A DNA stretch of 57,997 bases from Tubiluchus corallicola (GCA_030141605.1 JAQGDQ010002416.1:1-57997); one strand, 5' to 3'. Counted from the first letter of the stretch, positions 1-11,209 are shown. A program made the numbers and translations. Notes: generated by a model from the sequence alone, not told the origin.

Positions 1-220
1 TTTTATTTTTTCTTATTAGTTCTGTAATGTGGTAAGGAGATGGAATGCTAAGCAGGTTATTGTTAAATTTAAACAACGAGTTTTTTGATGCCACCATCAA
101 GGCTTTTAATTCATCCAATTGCTTTTGTTTTAAACTATCTTCCCTCCTATTATTACAAGAAAAACTAATAGCAATTACTGCTAAAAATAGAACGAAGACT
201 TTAAGCTTACTTAGAAACAT
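1..220 (-). CDS. Hypothetical lipoprotein, runs off the window edge
   Basis: Manual translation from ATG at 220: MFLSKLKVFVLFLAVIAISFSCNNRGED...SIPSP. Lipobox-like FSC, open to position 1, absent from the ORF track. Confidence 0.6.
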   Translation of the reverse strand, partial: MFLSKLKVFVLFLAVIAISFSCNNRREDSLKQKQLDELKALMVASKNSLFKFNNNLLSIPSPYHITELIRKNK

Positions 221-297
221 AATTTATTTTATTTTTTGTGAACATAAATATATTATAAGTAACGAAAATATTAAGATATTTATTTGAATCAAATAAA

Positions 298-305
298 TAT
301 CTTTG
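298..305 (+). promoter_or_regulatory. Bacteroidota -7 promoter element upstream of hisF
   Basis: TATCTTTG matches TANNTTTG, about 90 nt before the hisF ATG. Confidence 0.45.
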
Positions 306-395
306 TGAAATCATATTTTTTCTACAAAGATTATGATTTAAACTTTAATAAACAAAAACAGTTATTGCTTTTTTGATTATTTAATTTTTAAAACT

Positions 396-1151
396 ATGCT
401 TGCTAAAAGAATTATTCCATGTTTAGATATTAAAGATGGCAGGACAGTAAAAGGAGTTAATTTTTTGGAGCTAAGAGATGCTGGCGATCCCGTTGAACTT
501 GGTAAATTATATGCTAATGAAGGAGCAGACGAATTAGTTTTCTTAGACATTACTGCTACTGATGAAAAACGAAAGACCTTACGAGAACTAGTAACCCGTA
601 TTGCCAAAGAAATAAATATACCATTCACAGTAGGAGGCGGCATTTCTTCGGTAGGAGATGTAGCAACACTACTCAATGCAGGAGCAGATAAAATATCTGT
701 AAATTCAGCAGTGGTAAGAAACCCTAATTTATTGAACGAAATAGCTCGCCAGATAGGCAGTCAATGCGTAGTAGTAGCTATTGATGCAAAGGAAACAAAC
801 AAAAAATGGAAAGTGTATTTAAATGGAGGTAAAATCCCTACTGAGATAGATCTGTTTCAATGGGCAAAGGAAGTAGAAGAAAGGGGAGCAGGCGAAATTC
901 TTTTTACGTCAATGAATCACGATGGAACTAAAAATGGTTTTGCTAACAAAGCACTTGCTCGCCTATCAGAATTGTCAAATATACCTATTATAGCTTCAGG
1001 AGGTGCTGGAACGAAACAACATTTTGTGGATACTTTTCAAGAAGGAAAAGCAGATGCAGCCCTTGCTGCTAGCATATTTCATTTCAAGGAGATTCAAATA
1101 AAAGAACTCAAAAAGTTTTTACTACAAAAGGAAATAAAAGTAAGGTTATAA
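396..1151 (+). CDS. hisF: Imidazole glycerol phosphate synthase cyclase subunit
   Basis: [41 protein letters not shown] and IIASGGAG motifs. Confidence 0.97.
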   Translation: MLAKRIIPCLDIKDGRTVKGVNFLELRDAGDPVELGKLYANEGADELVFLDITATDEKRKTLRELVTRIAKEINIPFTVGGGISSVGDVATLLNAGADKISVNSAVVRNPNLLNEIARQIGSQCVVVAIDAKETNKKWKVYLNGGKIPTEIDLFQWAKEVEERGAGEILFTSMNHDGTKNGFANKALARLSELSNIPIIASGGAGTKQHFVDTFQEGKADAALAASIFHFKEIQIKELKKFLLQKEIKVRL

Positions 1152-1274
1152 TAAATTATATTCGTCATTCTTAAAAACGATGTAGTAACTAATAAATTAG
1201 CATGAAGAAAAATTGCTCCTTTAAAAAAAAGAATTATCTTTACGGTTGATTACTAATTTTTTAAATATTTTACT

Positions 1275-1526
1275 ATGAACATTTATGTAGGAAACCTGAA
1301 TTACAAGACAAGTGAAGATGAATTGAAAAATATTTTTGAGGAATATGGAGAAGTATCTTCTGTAAAAATAATTACTGACAAGTATTCTGGGAGAAGCAAA
1401 GGCTTTGGTTTTATTGAGATGGCAAGCGAAGATGATGCTGAAAGAGCTATTAAAGAATTGCACGAGAAAGAAATAGGAGGAAGAAATTTAAGAGTTAATG
1501 AAGCAAGAAAAAGAGAAGACCAGTAG
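1275..1526 (+). CDS. RRM-domain RNA-binding protein
   Basis: RNP2 NIYVGNL and RNP1 KGFGFIEM; ends LRVNEAR. Confidence 0.95.
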   Translation: MNIYVGNLNYKTSEDELKNIFEEYGEVSSVKIITDKYSGRSKGFGFIEMASEDDAERAIKELHEKEIGGRNLRVNEARKREDQ

Positions 1527-1558
1527 AAAAAATAATTTCTATATATAAAAGACCTGAA

Positions 1559-1588
1559 AAGGAGTATAAATAAAAATTTATACTCCTT
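1559..1588. terminator. Probable bidirectional intrinsic terminator
   Basis: 13-bp perfect stem AAGGAGTATAAAT-aaaa-ATTTATACTCCTT between the convergent RRM and porT genes. Confidence 0.75.
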
Positions 1589-1626
1589 ATTATATGTTTA
1601 ATTTAAGTAGCAATGGACAAAAAAGA

Positions 1627-2361
1627 TTATTCAAAATGAAAAGCTAAGGTGAGAATGCGGCTAAATAATTTGTCAATTGCTTCAGTATATATCAATTCGC
1701 TTGGAAAAGCAGCAGGGTTGTTATTTATTACATTATTCAAGCCTATAGAAAATTTAAGTTCAATAGATTGTTTGTAATATGTATTATATAAATCGACACC
1801 AGCACCTATCTCAAAATAGACCTCTAACTTTTTCATCTCAATAAATCTATCAATAGTAATATCAATCTCTTTACCTCCCTGTGTATTGAAACGAAAACAA
1901 GGGCCTGCTACAACGTAGCCTCTCATATTGTTTAGCCTTTTAGATTTATATTTTAGTAGCAAAGGCACATCTATATAAAAACTCCTCATATAAGAAGTAT
2001 AGTTTTCTACTATCTCTTTATTTTCTTTTTCAACCTCTATAAAATCTATTCTCCTTTCATTGTAAGATATACCGGGTAGGAATCTTGCAGCTAAAAATTC
2101 CGACAATTTGAGCTCACATAATAGAGCCACAGTATAACCAAAGTTAACTGTGTTTACATCTGCATATAAAATATTTCCATTGGCCATTGTTTTATTACTT
2201 GGTGTAAACGCGTAGTCCATCATATTAGTAGCAATAGTAAACCCAAAATGGTAAGGAACATTATCTATCTTTTGATACCTGAGTACTTCTTTTCGAGGAT
2301 TACGACTTTGTGCGAACAAACCAATAGGCAGTACAATAAGTATGATTGCTAAATATTTCAA
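1627..2361 (-). CDS. porT: PorT-family outer-membrane beta-barrel protein (type IX secretion)
   Basis: Signal peptide, HFGF, RFLPGIS, PLLLKYKSKRLNN, ELKFSIGL and a C-terminal FE; lies downstream of menG as usual in Bacteroidota. Confidence 0.8.
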   Translation of the reverse strand: MKYLAIILIVLPIGLFAQSRNPRKEVLRYQKIDNVPYHFGFTIATNMMDYAFTPSNKTMANGNILYADVNTVNFGYTVALLCELKLSEFLAARFLPGISYNERRIDFIEVEKENKEIVENYTSYMRSFYIDVPLLLKYKSKRLNNMRGYVVAGPCFRFNTQGGKEIDITIDRFIEMKKLEVYFEIGAGVDLYNTYYKQSIELKFSIGLNNVINNNPAAFPSELIYTEAIDKLFSRILTLAFHFE

Positions 2362-2385
2362 TATTTATTATTTGTTTTTAAAATA

Positions 2386-3120
2386 TCATTCTTTAGTTCC
2401 CACATAAATAGAAACAATACCCAAAGATAAGGAAATCTCTAGGATATTAGTAAATCCTATTTTTTGTAATTCACTAATAACTTTCTTCTCTTGTGCAAAC
2501 GAGTTAACAGAATCTGGCAAATAAGTATAGGCATATTTATCTTTTGATACAATTTTACCAGCGAAAGGTAGTAGCTTGTTAAAATAAAAATGATAAAACC
2601 ATCTAACAAAAGAATTCTTAGGTGCTGAAAATTCAAGGATGATTATCTTTCCTTTTCGTTCTAAAACTCTATACATCTCAGACAAGCCAGTTTCAAGACT
2701 ACCAAAGTTTCTTATTCCAAAAGCAGACATCACTAAATTAAAAGTTTCATCAGGAAAGTCCAGTTTTTCTGCATCACCAATAATGAAACTTATTTTATTA
2801 CTTAGTTTTTTTTTATTTATTTTCTTTATTCCTACATTAAGCATCTCTTCGGATATATCCACCCCAACTATTTTTTGTGGATTGAGTTTTGTTGCTTCCA
2901 AGGAAAAATCACCTGTTCCACAAGCCACATCCAATATTTTCTTAGGGTGCAGGTCAGCTACAAGTTTAATAGCTTTCCGTCTCCATCTTTTATCTATTCC
3001 TGCTGATAAGAAATGGTTAAGAAAATCATATTTCTTTGCTATGGAGTTGAACATTCGGGCTACCTGCTCTTTCTTTGTCTTTTCTGACTGCTTATAGGGA
3101 ACAACTTCTATACTTGACAT
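2386..3120 (-). CDS. menG: Demethylmenaquinone methyltransferase (UbiE/MenG)
   Basis: KKEQVARMFNSIAKKYDFLNH, ILDVACGTGD, AFGIRN and AYTYLPDSV. Start at 3120 (MSSIEVVPYK) preferred over 3168. Confidence 0.93.
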   Translation of the reverse strand: MSSIEVVPYKQSEKTKKEQVARMFNSIAKKYDFLNHFLSAGIDKRWRRKAIKLVADLHPKKILDVACGTGDFSLEATKLNPQKIVGVDISEEMLNVGIKKINKKKLSNKISFIIGDAEKLDFPDETFNLVMSAFGIRNFGSLETGLSEMYRVLERKGKIIILEFSAPKNSFVRWFYHFYFNKLLPFAGKIVSKDKYAYTYLPDSVNSFAQEKKVISELQKIGFTNILEISLSLGIVSIYVGTKE

Positions 3121-3202
3121 TTTTTTATTTAACATATAACAAAAACATAGGAAAGAACTGCTTTTCACCCCCTACTATACTAAATTAGTAGCGACAAATA
3201 TA

Positions 3203-3889
3203 CTATAATTTGTGTTTAAAAACATCCCAAATATCACCCTTAGGCAAAGGAGCTTTAATAATTAGTTTTTCTTTTTTTACAGGGTGCATAAAACTCACTC
3301 TGTGAGCGTGGAGGCATATACCCTTGTTTTTATTCGAACGAGAAGCTCCATACTTTAGGTCTCCCTTCACAGAACAACCTATTTGTTGTAGCTGCGAACG
3401 TATTTGGTGATGATAGCCTGTAAGCAGTTTAATGCTTAATAGAAAATAGCGATCTGAATGAGCTTTTAGTTTGTAAATTAGTTCTGCCTTTTTACTATTC
3501 TTTTTTTTGTTTTTATACGAATATGACTTATTGTTTCTATGAGCTCTTACTAAATAGTTTGTCAATTTATCTTCATTTTTAGGAGGTAAAGAGCACACTA
3601 TTGCCAAATAGTTCTTATCAATCTCCTTATTTCTAAAAAGTTCATTAAGCCGTGTGAGGGATTTACTTGTTTTAGCAAACAACACGACACCACTTACAGG
3701 CCTGTCAATACGATGCACCACACCCAAAAACACTTCACCTTGTTTGTTGTATTTTTTTTTTAAGTATTTTTTTACTTTTTCACAAAGTGGCTCATCTTTT
3801 GTTTTGTCTGCTTGCACAATATCAGACACCCTCTTATTTACTGCAATAATGTGGTTGTCTTCGTATAATATTTCCAATTCCTTCATCAA
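3203..3889 (-). CDS. RluA-family RNA pseudouridine synthase
   Basis: ILYEDNHIIAVNK, catalytic VHRIDRPVSG, TGYHHQIRSQL, GDLKYG and LHA. Confidence 0.92.
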   Translation of the reverse strand: MMKELEILYEDNHIIAVNKRVSDIVQADKTKDEPLCEKVKKYLKKKYNKQGEVFLGVVHRIDRPVSGVVLFAKTSKSLTRLNELFRNKEIDKNYLAIVCSLPPKNEDKLTNYLVRAHRNNKSYSYKNKKKNSKKAELIYKLKAHSDRYFLLSIKLLTGYHHQIRSQLQQIGCSVKGDLKYGASRSNKNKGICLHAHRVSFMHPVKKEKLIIKAPLPKGDIWDVFKHKL

Positions 3890-4065
3890 ATTCTTTGTTT
3901 GTTCCCAACAAGACTATAATACTATAAATATATTTATCTTTAATAGTTATTGTATGCAATTTTACATCAATTTAATAATGATACCAGCCCAATTATGTGA
4001 AATTTTAATTTCATCATCATTAAGTCAAAAAGGCAATTACATACTGGGAGCAATTAAAAGTATTG

Positions 4066-5196
4066 TTATTTAAAGCCAGTTATAAAACGAAAAATATCTT
4101 GAGCCTTTTCTTTCAATAAAAGAAAAGCATTTTTGTAAGCAACCTCCAATGAGCAAGAGCTCTTAAGAATAGAGGTAGCATATAACAAGCCCAAGTCTTG
4201 TATTTCTTTAGGCGACAACTCTAAAGTGCCGCACAAAGCAATAGTTGGGATTTTGTTTTTTTGGGCAGTGTTTACTACTCCTGCAACAACTTTTCCATAT
4301 TGTGTTTGATTGTCTATTTTTCCTTCTCCCGTTACAACAAAATCTGTGTTGGTTAGATGTTTTTCAAATTTACTGTACTCCATTAGCAAATCAATGCCAG
4401 ACACCAAAGAAGCATTGAGAAATACTTTGCTACCTGCACCTATACCTCCTGCTGCACCAGTTCTTTTAAGTTCATTTACTTTTACCTGATATTTATCTTT
4501 TACAATTTGTGCAAAATTTCTTAATCCATTGTCTAATTGTATTACGTTTTCAGCTGAAGCTCCTTTTTGAGGGGCATACACATAGGCCGCACCTTGCTTT
4601 CCGTAAAAGCGGTTGGTAACATCGCACGCTGCAACTACTTTTATCGAAGAGATGTCTATTTTTTTACTATCATCAATAGATCTAATATACAGTAAATTCT
4701 TGCCTATGGGTTTTAACTCCTTCTCATTTTCATCTAAAAACCTATATCCCAAAGCAGCTGCAATACCTATTCCCGCATCGTTGGTAGCACTTCCTCCCAA
4801 AGCAAGCACTATTTTATTTACTCCTTGCTCTACAGCATCTTTTATCATTTCGCCTGTTCCATAACTTGTTGTAATACTGCAATTTTTTTCTTCATCTGCA
4901 AGCAAATCTAAGCCCGATGCTTTAGCTACTTCTATCAAGGCTGTTTTTTTATTTTGAGAAATAAGATACGAAGTGTCAATAGGTCTAAAAAGAGGGTCTA
5001 ATACTTTTACCTTTTGAGCTGAGCATTTTACATAACGTTGTAGTATTTCTATTGTGCCTTCGCCGCCATCAGCTAATGGTAGCTGTATCACCTCTACATT
5101 GGGTAATGTTTCTTTTATACCTGTTGCAATAGCTTCGGTTACTTTGGATGCTGATAATGAATGTTTAAATTTATCAGGTGCTACAACTATTTTCAT
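4066..5196 (-). CDS. glxK: Glycerate kinase (GlxK/GarK family)
   Basis: APDKFKHSL, PLADGGEGT, GGSATNDAG, GAAGG and VVTGEGKIDNQT. Confidence 0.93.
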   Translation of the reverse strand: MKIVVAPDKFKHSLSASKVTEAIATGIKETLPNVEVIQLPLADGGEGTIEILQRYVKCSAQKVKVLDPLFRPIDTSYLISQNKKTALIEVAKASGLDLLADEEKNCSITTSYGTGEMIKDAVEQGVNKIVLALGGSATNDAGIGIAAALGYRFLDENEKELKPIGKNLLYIRSIDDSKKIDISSIKVVAACDVTNRFYGKQGAAYVYAPQKGASAENVIQLDNGLRNFAQIVKDKYQVKVNELKRTGAAGGIGAGSKVFLNASLVSGIDLLMEYSKFEKHLTNTDFVVTGEGKIDNQTQYGKVVAGVVNTAQKNKIPTIALCGTLELSPKEIQDLGLLYATSILKSSCSLEVAYKNAFLLLKEKAQDIFRFITGFK

Positions 5197-5201
5197 AAGA
5201 A

Positions 5202-6875
5202 TTAATTATCAACTTTTATCCACAGTATTTTATAAGGAGCAAGTGTTATATTTTCTATATTCAATCGTTTATTATGCACAATGTCTAATCCTTTTTGAAA
5301 AGACAAACTAATAGCAACATCCTCTGATGAAATATTGTGTAAAGCTATTAATCGTTCATTGTTTGGATTTATTTTTTCAATGGCAAATATTTTGTTATTT
5401 ATATGGGGAAACTTAAAACTATAATAAGGGTTAAATAGTTTCTCTGTTATTCTTGCTTTTATTAAACGAATTAATTCTGTAAATACTTTGTAAGATATAG
5501 AGTTTTTATTGTTCAACTTTTTTTCTATGTCTTCCAGTTTTAGTTTTTCTCTATTTATACGCCTGTTAATACCTGATTCTTCTACACCTTTATAGTAATT
5601 TTGCGAGCCTAGTAAACTGTGAATGTATATGGCTGGCATTCCGGGCATTGCCAACATTATGGCTTGAGATACAAGCATTCTGCTAATTTTCTCTTCATCG
5701 TTCAGTTGTTTAGAAGAGAGCAGGTTTATATAGCTACAATTTAGTTCATAGGGAGTTTTGCTTCCATCAGGATTGTTTTTGTAAGATACAAGTCCTCCAT
5801 TTTCTTGAGCTTTTACTACCAAGTAGTCTATATCTTTTTGAGGAATTATGCCTTGCAAAGGTCTCACTCCTACTCCATCGTGGCTAGCGGTAAAATTAAA
5901 AAAACAAGTAGTAGCAGAAGGTAATTTCAATGTTCTTGCCCATTTGGTTAGCTGCGAAGTATTTCCTTTTAATATACTATAAGCCAAAAGAGGTGGTAAA
6001 GTAAAGTTATATACCATATGTGCCTCGTCCGAACCATTACCGAAATAAGAAATATTTTCTTTGTGAGGTACATTAGTTTCTGTAATAATAACTGTATCCT
6101 TGGCTAGCTGCTCCAAAACATACCTCATCAATTTAATAATGGTATGAGCCTTAGGATGATGTATGCAAGTTGTACCTATTTCCTTCCACAAAAAAGCAAT
6201 AGCATCAAGTCGCAGTATTTTCGCTCCTTGCGAAAGATAAAATAGTAAGACTTCTATAACTTTAATCAGCACTTTATAGTTAGCAAAATTAAGATCTATT
6301 TGGTCGTCGCTAAACGTAGTCCAAATATGCTTTGTATCTCCTCGTCTATTTCTAAACTTTGTAAGAAGAGGCAAAGCTCGGGGTCGCGTCACTTGGCTCA
6401 AATCAGTAGAAGGGTCTACCTCAATGAAAAAATCGTTAAACTCTTCTTTGCCATTTAAGTAGTTTTGAAACCACTCCGATTTTTGAGAAATATGATTGAT
6501 AACAGCATCAAACATTAAACGACGGTTTGTTCCTAAATTTTTTACATCGCCCCACGTTCCTACATTTTTATTTACCTCTTGATAATCTACTACCGAAAAT
6601 CCATCATCGGATGTGAAGGGATAGAACGGAAGTATATGAACAGTATTAATAACTTTGATATATTTATCTAAAAAAAAATTTAATGTATGTAAGGGGTTGC
6701 TACCTTTTTGAGAAATACTATCACCATAAGTAATAAGCGTTACGTCCTTTTCTGTAGTAGAATAATTGGAATCATTTACAAGACTTTTATAACTATTTAA
6801 TAAGCTATTTATTTCTTTTGATGCTTCTTTTGCATCCGTATTATTATAGATTTTTTTTAAGTAGATATCAATCAT
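5202..6875 (-). CDS. GH13_18 sugar phosphorylase, probably glucosylglycerate phosphorylase
   Basis: LITYGDS, HILPFYP, SDDGFSV, RLDAIAF and ASHDG. The specificity loops ITETNVPH and PYELN are of the YcjM/glucosylglycerate phosphorylase type, not the sucrose phosphorylase type (EIH/YQVN). Confidence 0.85.
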   Translation of the reverse strand: MIDIYLKKIYNNTDAKEASKEINSLLNSYKSLVNDSNYSTTEKDVTLITYGDSISQKGSNPLHTLNFFLDKYIKVINTVHILPFYPFTSDDGFSVVDYQEVNKNVGTWGDVKNLGTNRRLMFDAVINHISQKSEWFQNYLNGKEEFNDFFIEVDPSTDLSQVTRPRALPLLTKFRNRRGDTKHIWTTFSDDQIDLNFANYKVLIKVIEVLLFYLSQGAKILRLDAIAFLWKEIGTTCIHHPKAHTIIKLMRYVLEQLAKDTVIITETNVPHKENISYFGNGSDEAHMVYNFTLPPLLAYSILKGNTSQLTKWARTLKLPSATTCFFNFTASHDGVGVRPLQGIIPQKDIDYLVVKAQENGGLVSYKNNPDGSKTPYELNCSYINLLSSKQLNDEEKISRMLVSQAIMLAMPGMPAIYIHSLLGSQNYYKGVEESGINRRINREKLKLEDIEKKLNNKNSISYKVFTELIRLIKARITEKLFNPYYSFKFPHINNKIFAIEKINPNNERLIALHNISSEDVAISLSFQKGLDIVHNKRLNIENITLAPYKILWIKVDN

Positions 6876-8220
6876 TGGTTTCTAATATTTGAGCTTCTTT
6901 CAACTTTTCTTTTAAAGCTTGCAGTGATAAATGTTTTTTGCCTATGCCAAAATTTTTTTCCACAATTTCTGTCCTTTTATCTTTGTCTATTAAATGGCTT
7001 ATCAACTGTTTTGCAACATCATTTAAAATATTTTCTTCCACCTTTACCAATCCATTCTCCCGAGTATGAGAATCTCCTAACTCTGCAATATTAAAGCCAA
7101 AAGGTTCAATATCTGTTTTGTAAACAGGATATTTATATACCAATATAGGTTTTTTGGCTACTATTGCTTCTAAAAATTGGTTGCCCCACCCTTCTGCTAT
7201 GCTTGGATAAGTAACAAGGTCGGCAAAAACATAAGTATCCCAAAATGAATATATTTTCTTTTTTTTAGAAAAAGAACGCTCGTAGGCTACTAAATGCTCT
7301 GCAAATATTAGTCTTACTTGCTTGCTTTTAGCATATTCTATTAATTTTTCACAATACCCTCTATCCTCCACTGCACCTGTAAGAACTAAATAAATACCAT
7401 TGTTTTTAGTAAATTTGGATTGATCATACAATGGTGTTTCATACAGTAATTTTATGTGCTGTGGCTCTTGAAGTTTAGCAATGGAGTCTATGGTTAATTC
7501 AATGGCTTTTCTGCGAACAATACGTGTAGCTTGCAATATAAAAATATCTCCTTCTTTAAGTCCTATGGCTTGTTTGAAATTTTTGTTAAAATCATCTTCT
7601 ATCCAGTTTTCATTGAAATCAAAAACATTAGGAATAATCTTAGCATCTATGTTTTTTCTATTCTTAATACTTTTTTGTGCAATACTATTAATAACTACGT
7701 GCTTGATAAAATTGTCTTTGGGAGGAAAATATTGCTCTAACATTTCCTTTACACAAATACTTTGAGGGTTTGAATACAAATCTCGTTCCCAATAAAAATC
7801 GTGATGATGACAAAAGCACTGAATATCTTTCTTTTTTACTGCTTTATAGAAACCTATGGCAGCAGGAAGATTCCAGCCCAACGACCATATATTGTTTATT
7901 ATTAGCATCTCCAATTGATAGTCATCTATATACTTTATCAATTGTAGTTCTATTTCATTGGCAACACTTTCTATATCTTTGCGAAAAGATGTATCATCTA
8001 CATAATTATCACAGCTGATGTAAGCATTATGATTAATTTTATCATTGACCTTAGTTTCGTATTCCAACTGGCGAATAACTAAAACATCATTATTAGGCTT
8101 ATTGCCAGCAATGTAATACAGCTGATGTCCAGCGTCTTTTATTACTTGTTTCCATTTTTCCATTTCCAAAGAAACGCCATCTGTTTCTTCCACTCGAAAA
8201 TGACATAAAGCTATATTCAT
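6868..8220 (-). CDS. GT4 glycosyltransferase resembling mannosylglucosylglycerate synthase (MggS)
   Basis: N-terminal TDGVSLEMEKW, HHHDFYWER, TRIVRRKAIE and the GT-B motif EGWGNQFLEA. The MggS resemblance is from memory of the family. Confidence 0.75.
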   Translation of the reverse strand: MNIALCHFRVEETDGVSLEMEKWKQVIKDAGHQLYYIAGNKPNNDVLVIRQLEYETKVNDKINHNAYISCDNYVDDTSFRKDIESVANEIELQLIKYIDDYQLEMLIINNIWSLGWNLPAAIGFYKAVKKKDIQCFCHHHDFYWERDLYSNPQSICVKEMLEQYFPPKDNFIKHVVINSIAQKSIKNRKNIDAKIIPNVFDFNENWIEDDFNKNFKQAIGLKEGDIFILQATRIVRRKAIELTIDSIAKLQEPQHIKLLYETPLYDQSKFTKNNGIYLVLTGAVEDRGYCEKLIEYAKSKQVRLIFAEHLVAYERSFSKKKKIYSFWDTYVFADLVTYPSIAEGWGNQFLEAIVAKKPILVYKYPVYKTDIEPFGFNIAELGDSHTRENGLVKVEENILNDVAKQLISHLIDKDKRTEIVEKNFGIGKKHLSLQALKEKLKEAQILETND

Positions 8221-8230
8221 AAACTAATTA

Positions 8231-9844
8231 CTAATTAAAAAATGTAGGAAATAATACTGCAAATACAACTATAATAATAAAGAATGCAATAAGAATATAA
8301 GTCTCTTTACTTAAAATTTGAACATTTTTAAAACTTAGAGCCATTTTTCCTTTGCTTTTGGAGTAATCTTTTAATATCGCACTGGTAAATAAACTAATAG
8401 TAATAGTAACTACCGTACCTATTAAGTTCCACCAAAACCAAAACAAACTTGGAACAAAATTCCACAAATAAAAATTAATAGCCACTCCCATAAGTAAGCC
8501 TACTTTTACACCAGTAGCTCCTACACGTTTAACCCACAAAGCTAAAAGAAACATTGCTAAAATAGGGCCATAAAACAACGAACCTACTTTATTAATGGCT
8601 TCAATTACCGTATCTGCAATATCTCCTGCAAAGAAAGCAAATATGATGCAAACTCCTCCCCATATCAATGACAATCCCTTGGAGTATAGCATATAATTTT
8701 TATTAGATAGTTTCTTCTTATAAGCAATAAAGTCTTCTACGGTTACTGCAGATAATGAATTGATAACAGAGCTTAAAGAAGACATAGCAGCAGCAAATAT
8801 TGCTACTAGGAAAAAACCTATCACTCCGTGAGGTAGATACTTCAATACAAAAACAACCACTAACAAATCCGTTTTGCTTTTCACAAAATCATTATTTTGC
8901 TCAAAAACACTATCAATCATCTGTTGAAACGAAGCATCCTTTATCACCAAAGCACCCAAAACCAAACCCAAAATACAATAAGTTAAAGTAATAGGAAAAC
9001 GTGCCAAACCATTAGCAAGTAATATTTGTCTAATAGTTTTTTCACTTTTACTTGAAAGCAAACGTTGAGTTTGAGTTTGGTCAGTACCATAATAAGAAAC
9101 ATACAAAAATATACCTCCTAAAAGCATAGGCCAAAAGCCAAATTCATCCTTACCTTCTACATTATCAACTCCCAGCTTACTAAAATCTACTGCCACCAGC
9201 CTGTCAGTATCCATATGTATTAGAAAATTGTCCCATCCTCCCAAAGCGTGCAGCCCAAAAACAAGACAAATAATAATACCAAGAATAAGTATCAGCATTT
9301 GAATTGTATCGCCTAATATTACAGCTTTTATTCCTCCCTGAAAAGAATAAATTAAAGTAACAACCCCTATAATAAGAATAGTTGTCCATATTTCAAAACC
9401 AGTTACCGCTTTTATCAGTAAAGCTACAGCATATACCATTATACCTGTGGCAAAAGACCTACTCAACTGGAAAATACTACTCAGTAAAACCCTTGCAGAC
9501 CTATCAAAACGTTTTTCCAAGTATTCGTAAATACTAATTATACCTGATTTGTAAATAGCAGGCATAAGAATAGACATAACAAAAATCATTGCCAAAGGCA
9601 CTCCAAACTCAAAAGTGAGCCACTGCATACCTCCACCCTGTTTATATCCTACAAATGCAGGAGCGGATATTAAGCTAATGGCTGACAATTGCGTAGCCAT
9701 AACAGACAAAGTAACAGGAAACCACCCCATACTTTTTCCCCCTAAGAAATAGTCCTTAGAATTTTTGTTTCTAAAGGCCATTCCAAGTATAATAAATCCA
9801 GCGAAATAGATGCAAACAATACTATAATCAAGCCAATTTAACAC
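8231..9844 (-). CDS. Sodium:solute symporter
   Basis: DYFLGGKSM, SIYEYLEKRF, GTDQTQTQR and AAAMSSLSS; many transmembrane segments. Confidence 0.93.
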   Translation of the reverse strand: MLNWLDYSIVCIYFAGFIILGMAFRNKNSKDYFLGGKSMGWFPVTLSVMATQLSAISLISAPAFVGYKQGGGMQWLTFEFGVPLAMIFVMSILMPAIYKSGIISIYEYLEKRFDRSARVLLSSIFQLSRSFATGIMVYAVALLIKAVTGFEIWTTILIIGVVTLIYSFQGGIKAVILGDTIQMLILILGIIICLVFGLHALGGWDNFLIHMDTDRLVAVDFSKLGVDNVEGKDEFGFWPMLLGGIFLYVSYYGTDQTQTQRLLSSKSEKTIRQILLANGLARFPITLTYCILGLVLGALVIKDASFQQMIDSVFEQNNDFVKSKTDLLVVVFVLKYLPHGVIGFFLVAIFAAAMSSLSSVINSLSAVTVEDFIAYKKKLSNKNYMLYSKGLSLIWGGVCIIFAFFAGDIADTVIEAINKVGSLFYGPILAMFLLALWVKRVGATGVKVGLLMGVAINFYLWNFVPSLFWFWWNLIGTVVTITISLFTSAILKDYSKSKGKMALSFKNVQILSKETYILIAFFIIIVVFAVLFPTFFN

Positions 9845-9856
9845 TATCGTATTTTT

Positions 9857-11197
9857 TTAAAGTTTGTATTTATATAGCAAATCTATAACCAATGCAGGTG
9901 TCCAAGACGAAAAGGGGTATCCTCCATAGCCTTTTCTTTTCGTTTTAGATTTTTCCTTATTAGGCTCATAGTATTCATAAATTCCCTGTTCCTCAACTAT
10001 TTGTAGAGTATCTTTTAATATTTTATCAGCCAAATTTTTATACCCATAGTTCAAGAGTCCGTACATCAACATCCAATTGATATTTATCCAAATAGGGCCC
10101 CGCCAATATCTAAAAGATTCGTACTTCTTGTCTTGGGTGTTAAAACTAGGGCATAGATAATTTTCTTCATTCTTACCCATAAAAATAGGATTTTGCAACA
10201 AATCAGCAATTCTTTTAGCTTGTTTCTCATTCGGAATATTCGCAAATAAAGGAATAACACTACCACAAGTAATGTCCTTTATTGGCTCATCCATCTTCAA
10301 ATCATAATAAACATAAGCACCTGTCTCTTCATCGAATAGTTTTTTATTGAAACTTTCTTTTGATTTTTTATTCCACGTTTCAAGTTGTCTTATCTCATTT
10401 TCTTTACCGTTCAATAATTGTGCAATTCTAATTAAACTCTCATTAGATTTGACCAGCATACTATTGAACAAAGGGTCTTGAATTAAAAAATCGTGCTTTT
10501 CAGCAATAATTTTGTCATCATATCCATAAGAAACTAACTTATCTATCAAATACAGATAGTAATCGTACTCCCTTTGCTTAGGACGTTCTTTAACATCTAC
10601 ATATGTAGTATCTCTTCTTTTAAATTCTCTCCTTGGGGCTTTCTTATCTATTCGTTTCCACACACTATCCCACACAGGCGAATTGTCTGTACCAGCCTCC
10701 CAATTATGAGTAATATATACCAACCCTTCATTGTAAGGGTCCCTATTTTCATACAGATACTGGTGGTATTTATATATCTTTGGAAATATTGTTTTTAAAA
10801 AATCTAGTACTTTTTTCTTGTCTTTGACAATATTATAAATTTCTTCAACAGCAAAACCGTGAACAGGTGGTTGAGTCAAACCAGAACAGGCTATATTTTG
10901 GGGGTAAAAACTATTTGCCTCACAGCGATAAAAACTAGCATCAGGAAAGTAAGTATCGCTTTTTTTGTGAAACACAATATGAGGTAAAAAACCGTTTTCC
11001 CATTGGGCAGAAAATAATGAAAGTATTTCTTTATATGCTTTATCCTCATCAAAATGAGCATAACCAATAGCCACAAAGCCAGCATCCCAACTCCATTGAA
11101 AGGGATATAATTTAGAATGAGGAACAGTATAAGAACCCCACCAACCTTCAAGCAGAACCTTTTTAGATTCTATTTCTAGTTTTTTCCAGTTAGACAT
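9857..11197 (-). CDS. GH63/MGH1-like glycoside hydrolase (glucosylglycerate/mannosylglycerate hydrolase type)
   Basis: YTVP..LYPFQWSWD, GFLPHIVF, SGLTQPPVHG, HNWEAGTDNSP, YWRGPIWININW and EYY; no signal peptide. Confidence 0.85.
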   Translation of the reverse strand: MSNWKKLEIESKKVLLEGWWGSYTVPHSKLYPFQWSWDAGFVAIGYAHFDEDKAYKEILSLFSAQWENGFLPHIVFHKKSDTYFPDASFYRCEANSFYPQNIACSGLTQPPVHGFAVEEIYNIVKDKKKVLDFLKTIFPKIYKYHQYLYENRDPYNEGLVYITHNWEAGTDNSPVWDSVWKRIDKKAPRREFKRRDTTYVDVKERPKQREYDYYLYLIDKLVSYGYDDKIIAEKHDFLIQDPLFNSMLVKSNESLIRIAQLLNGKENEIRQLETWNKKSKESFNKKLFDEETGAYVYYDLKMDEPIKDITCGSVIPLFANIPNEKQAKRIADLLQNPIFMGKNEENYLCPSFNTQDKKYESFRYWRGPIWININWMLMYGLLNYGYKNLADKILKDTLQIVEEQGIYEYYEPNKEKSKTKRKGYGGYPFSSWTPALVIDLLYKYKL

Positions 11198-11209
11198 AGA
11201 TTTTTTATT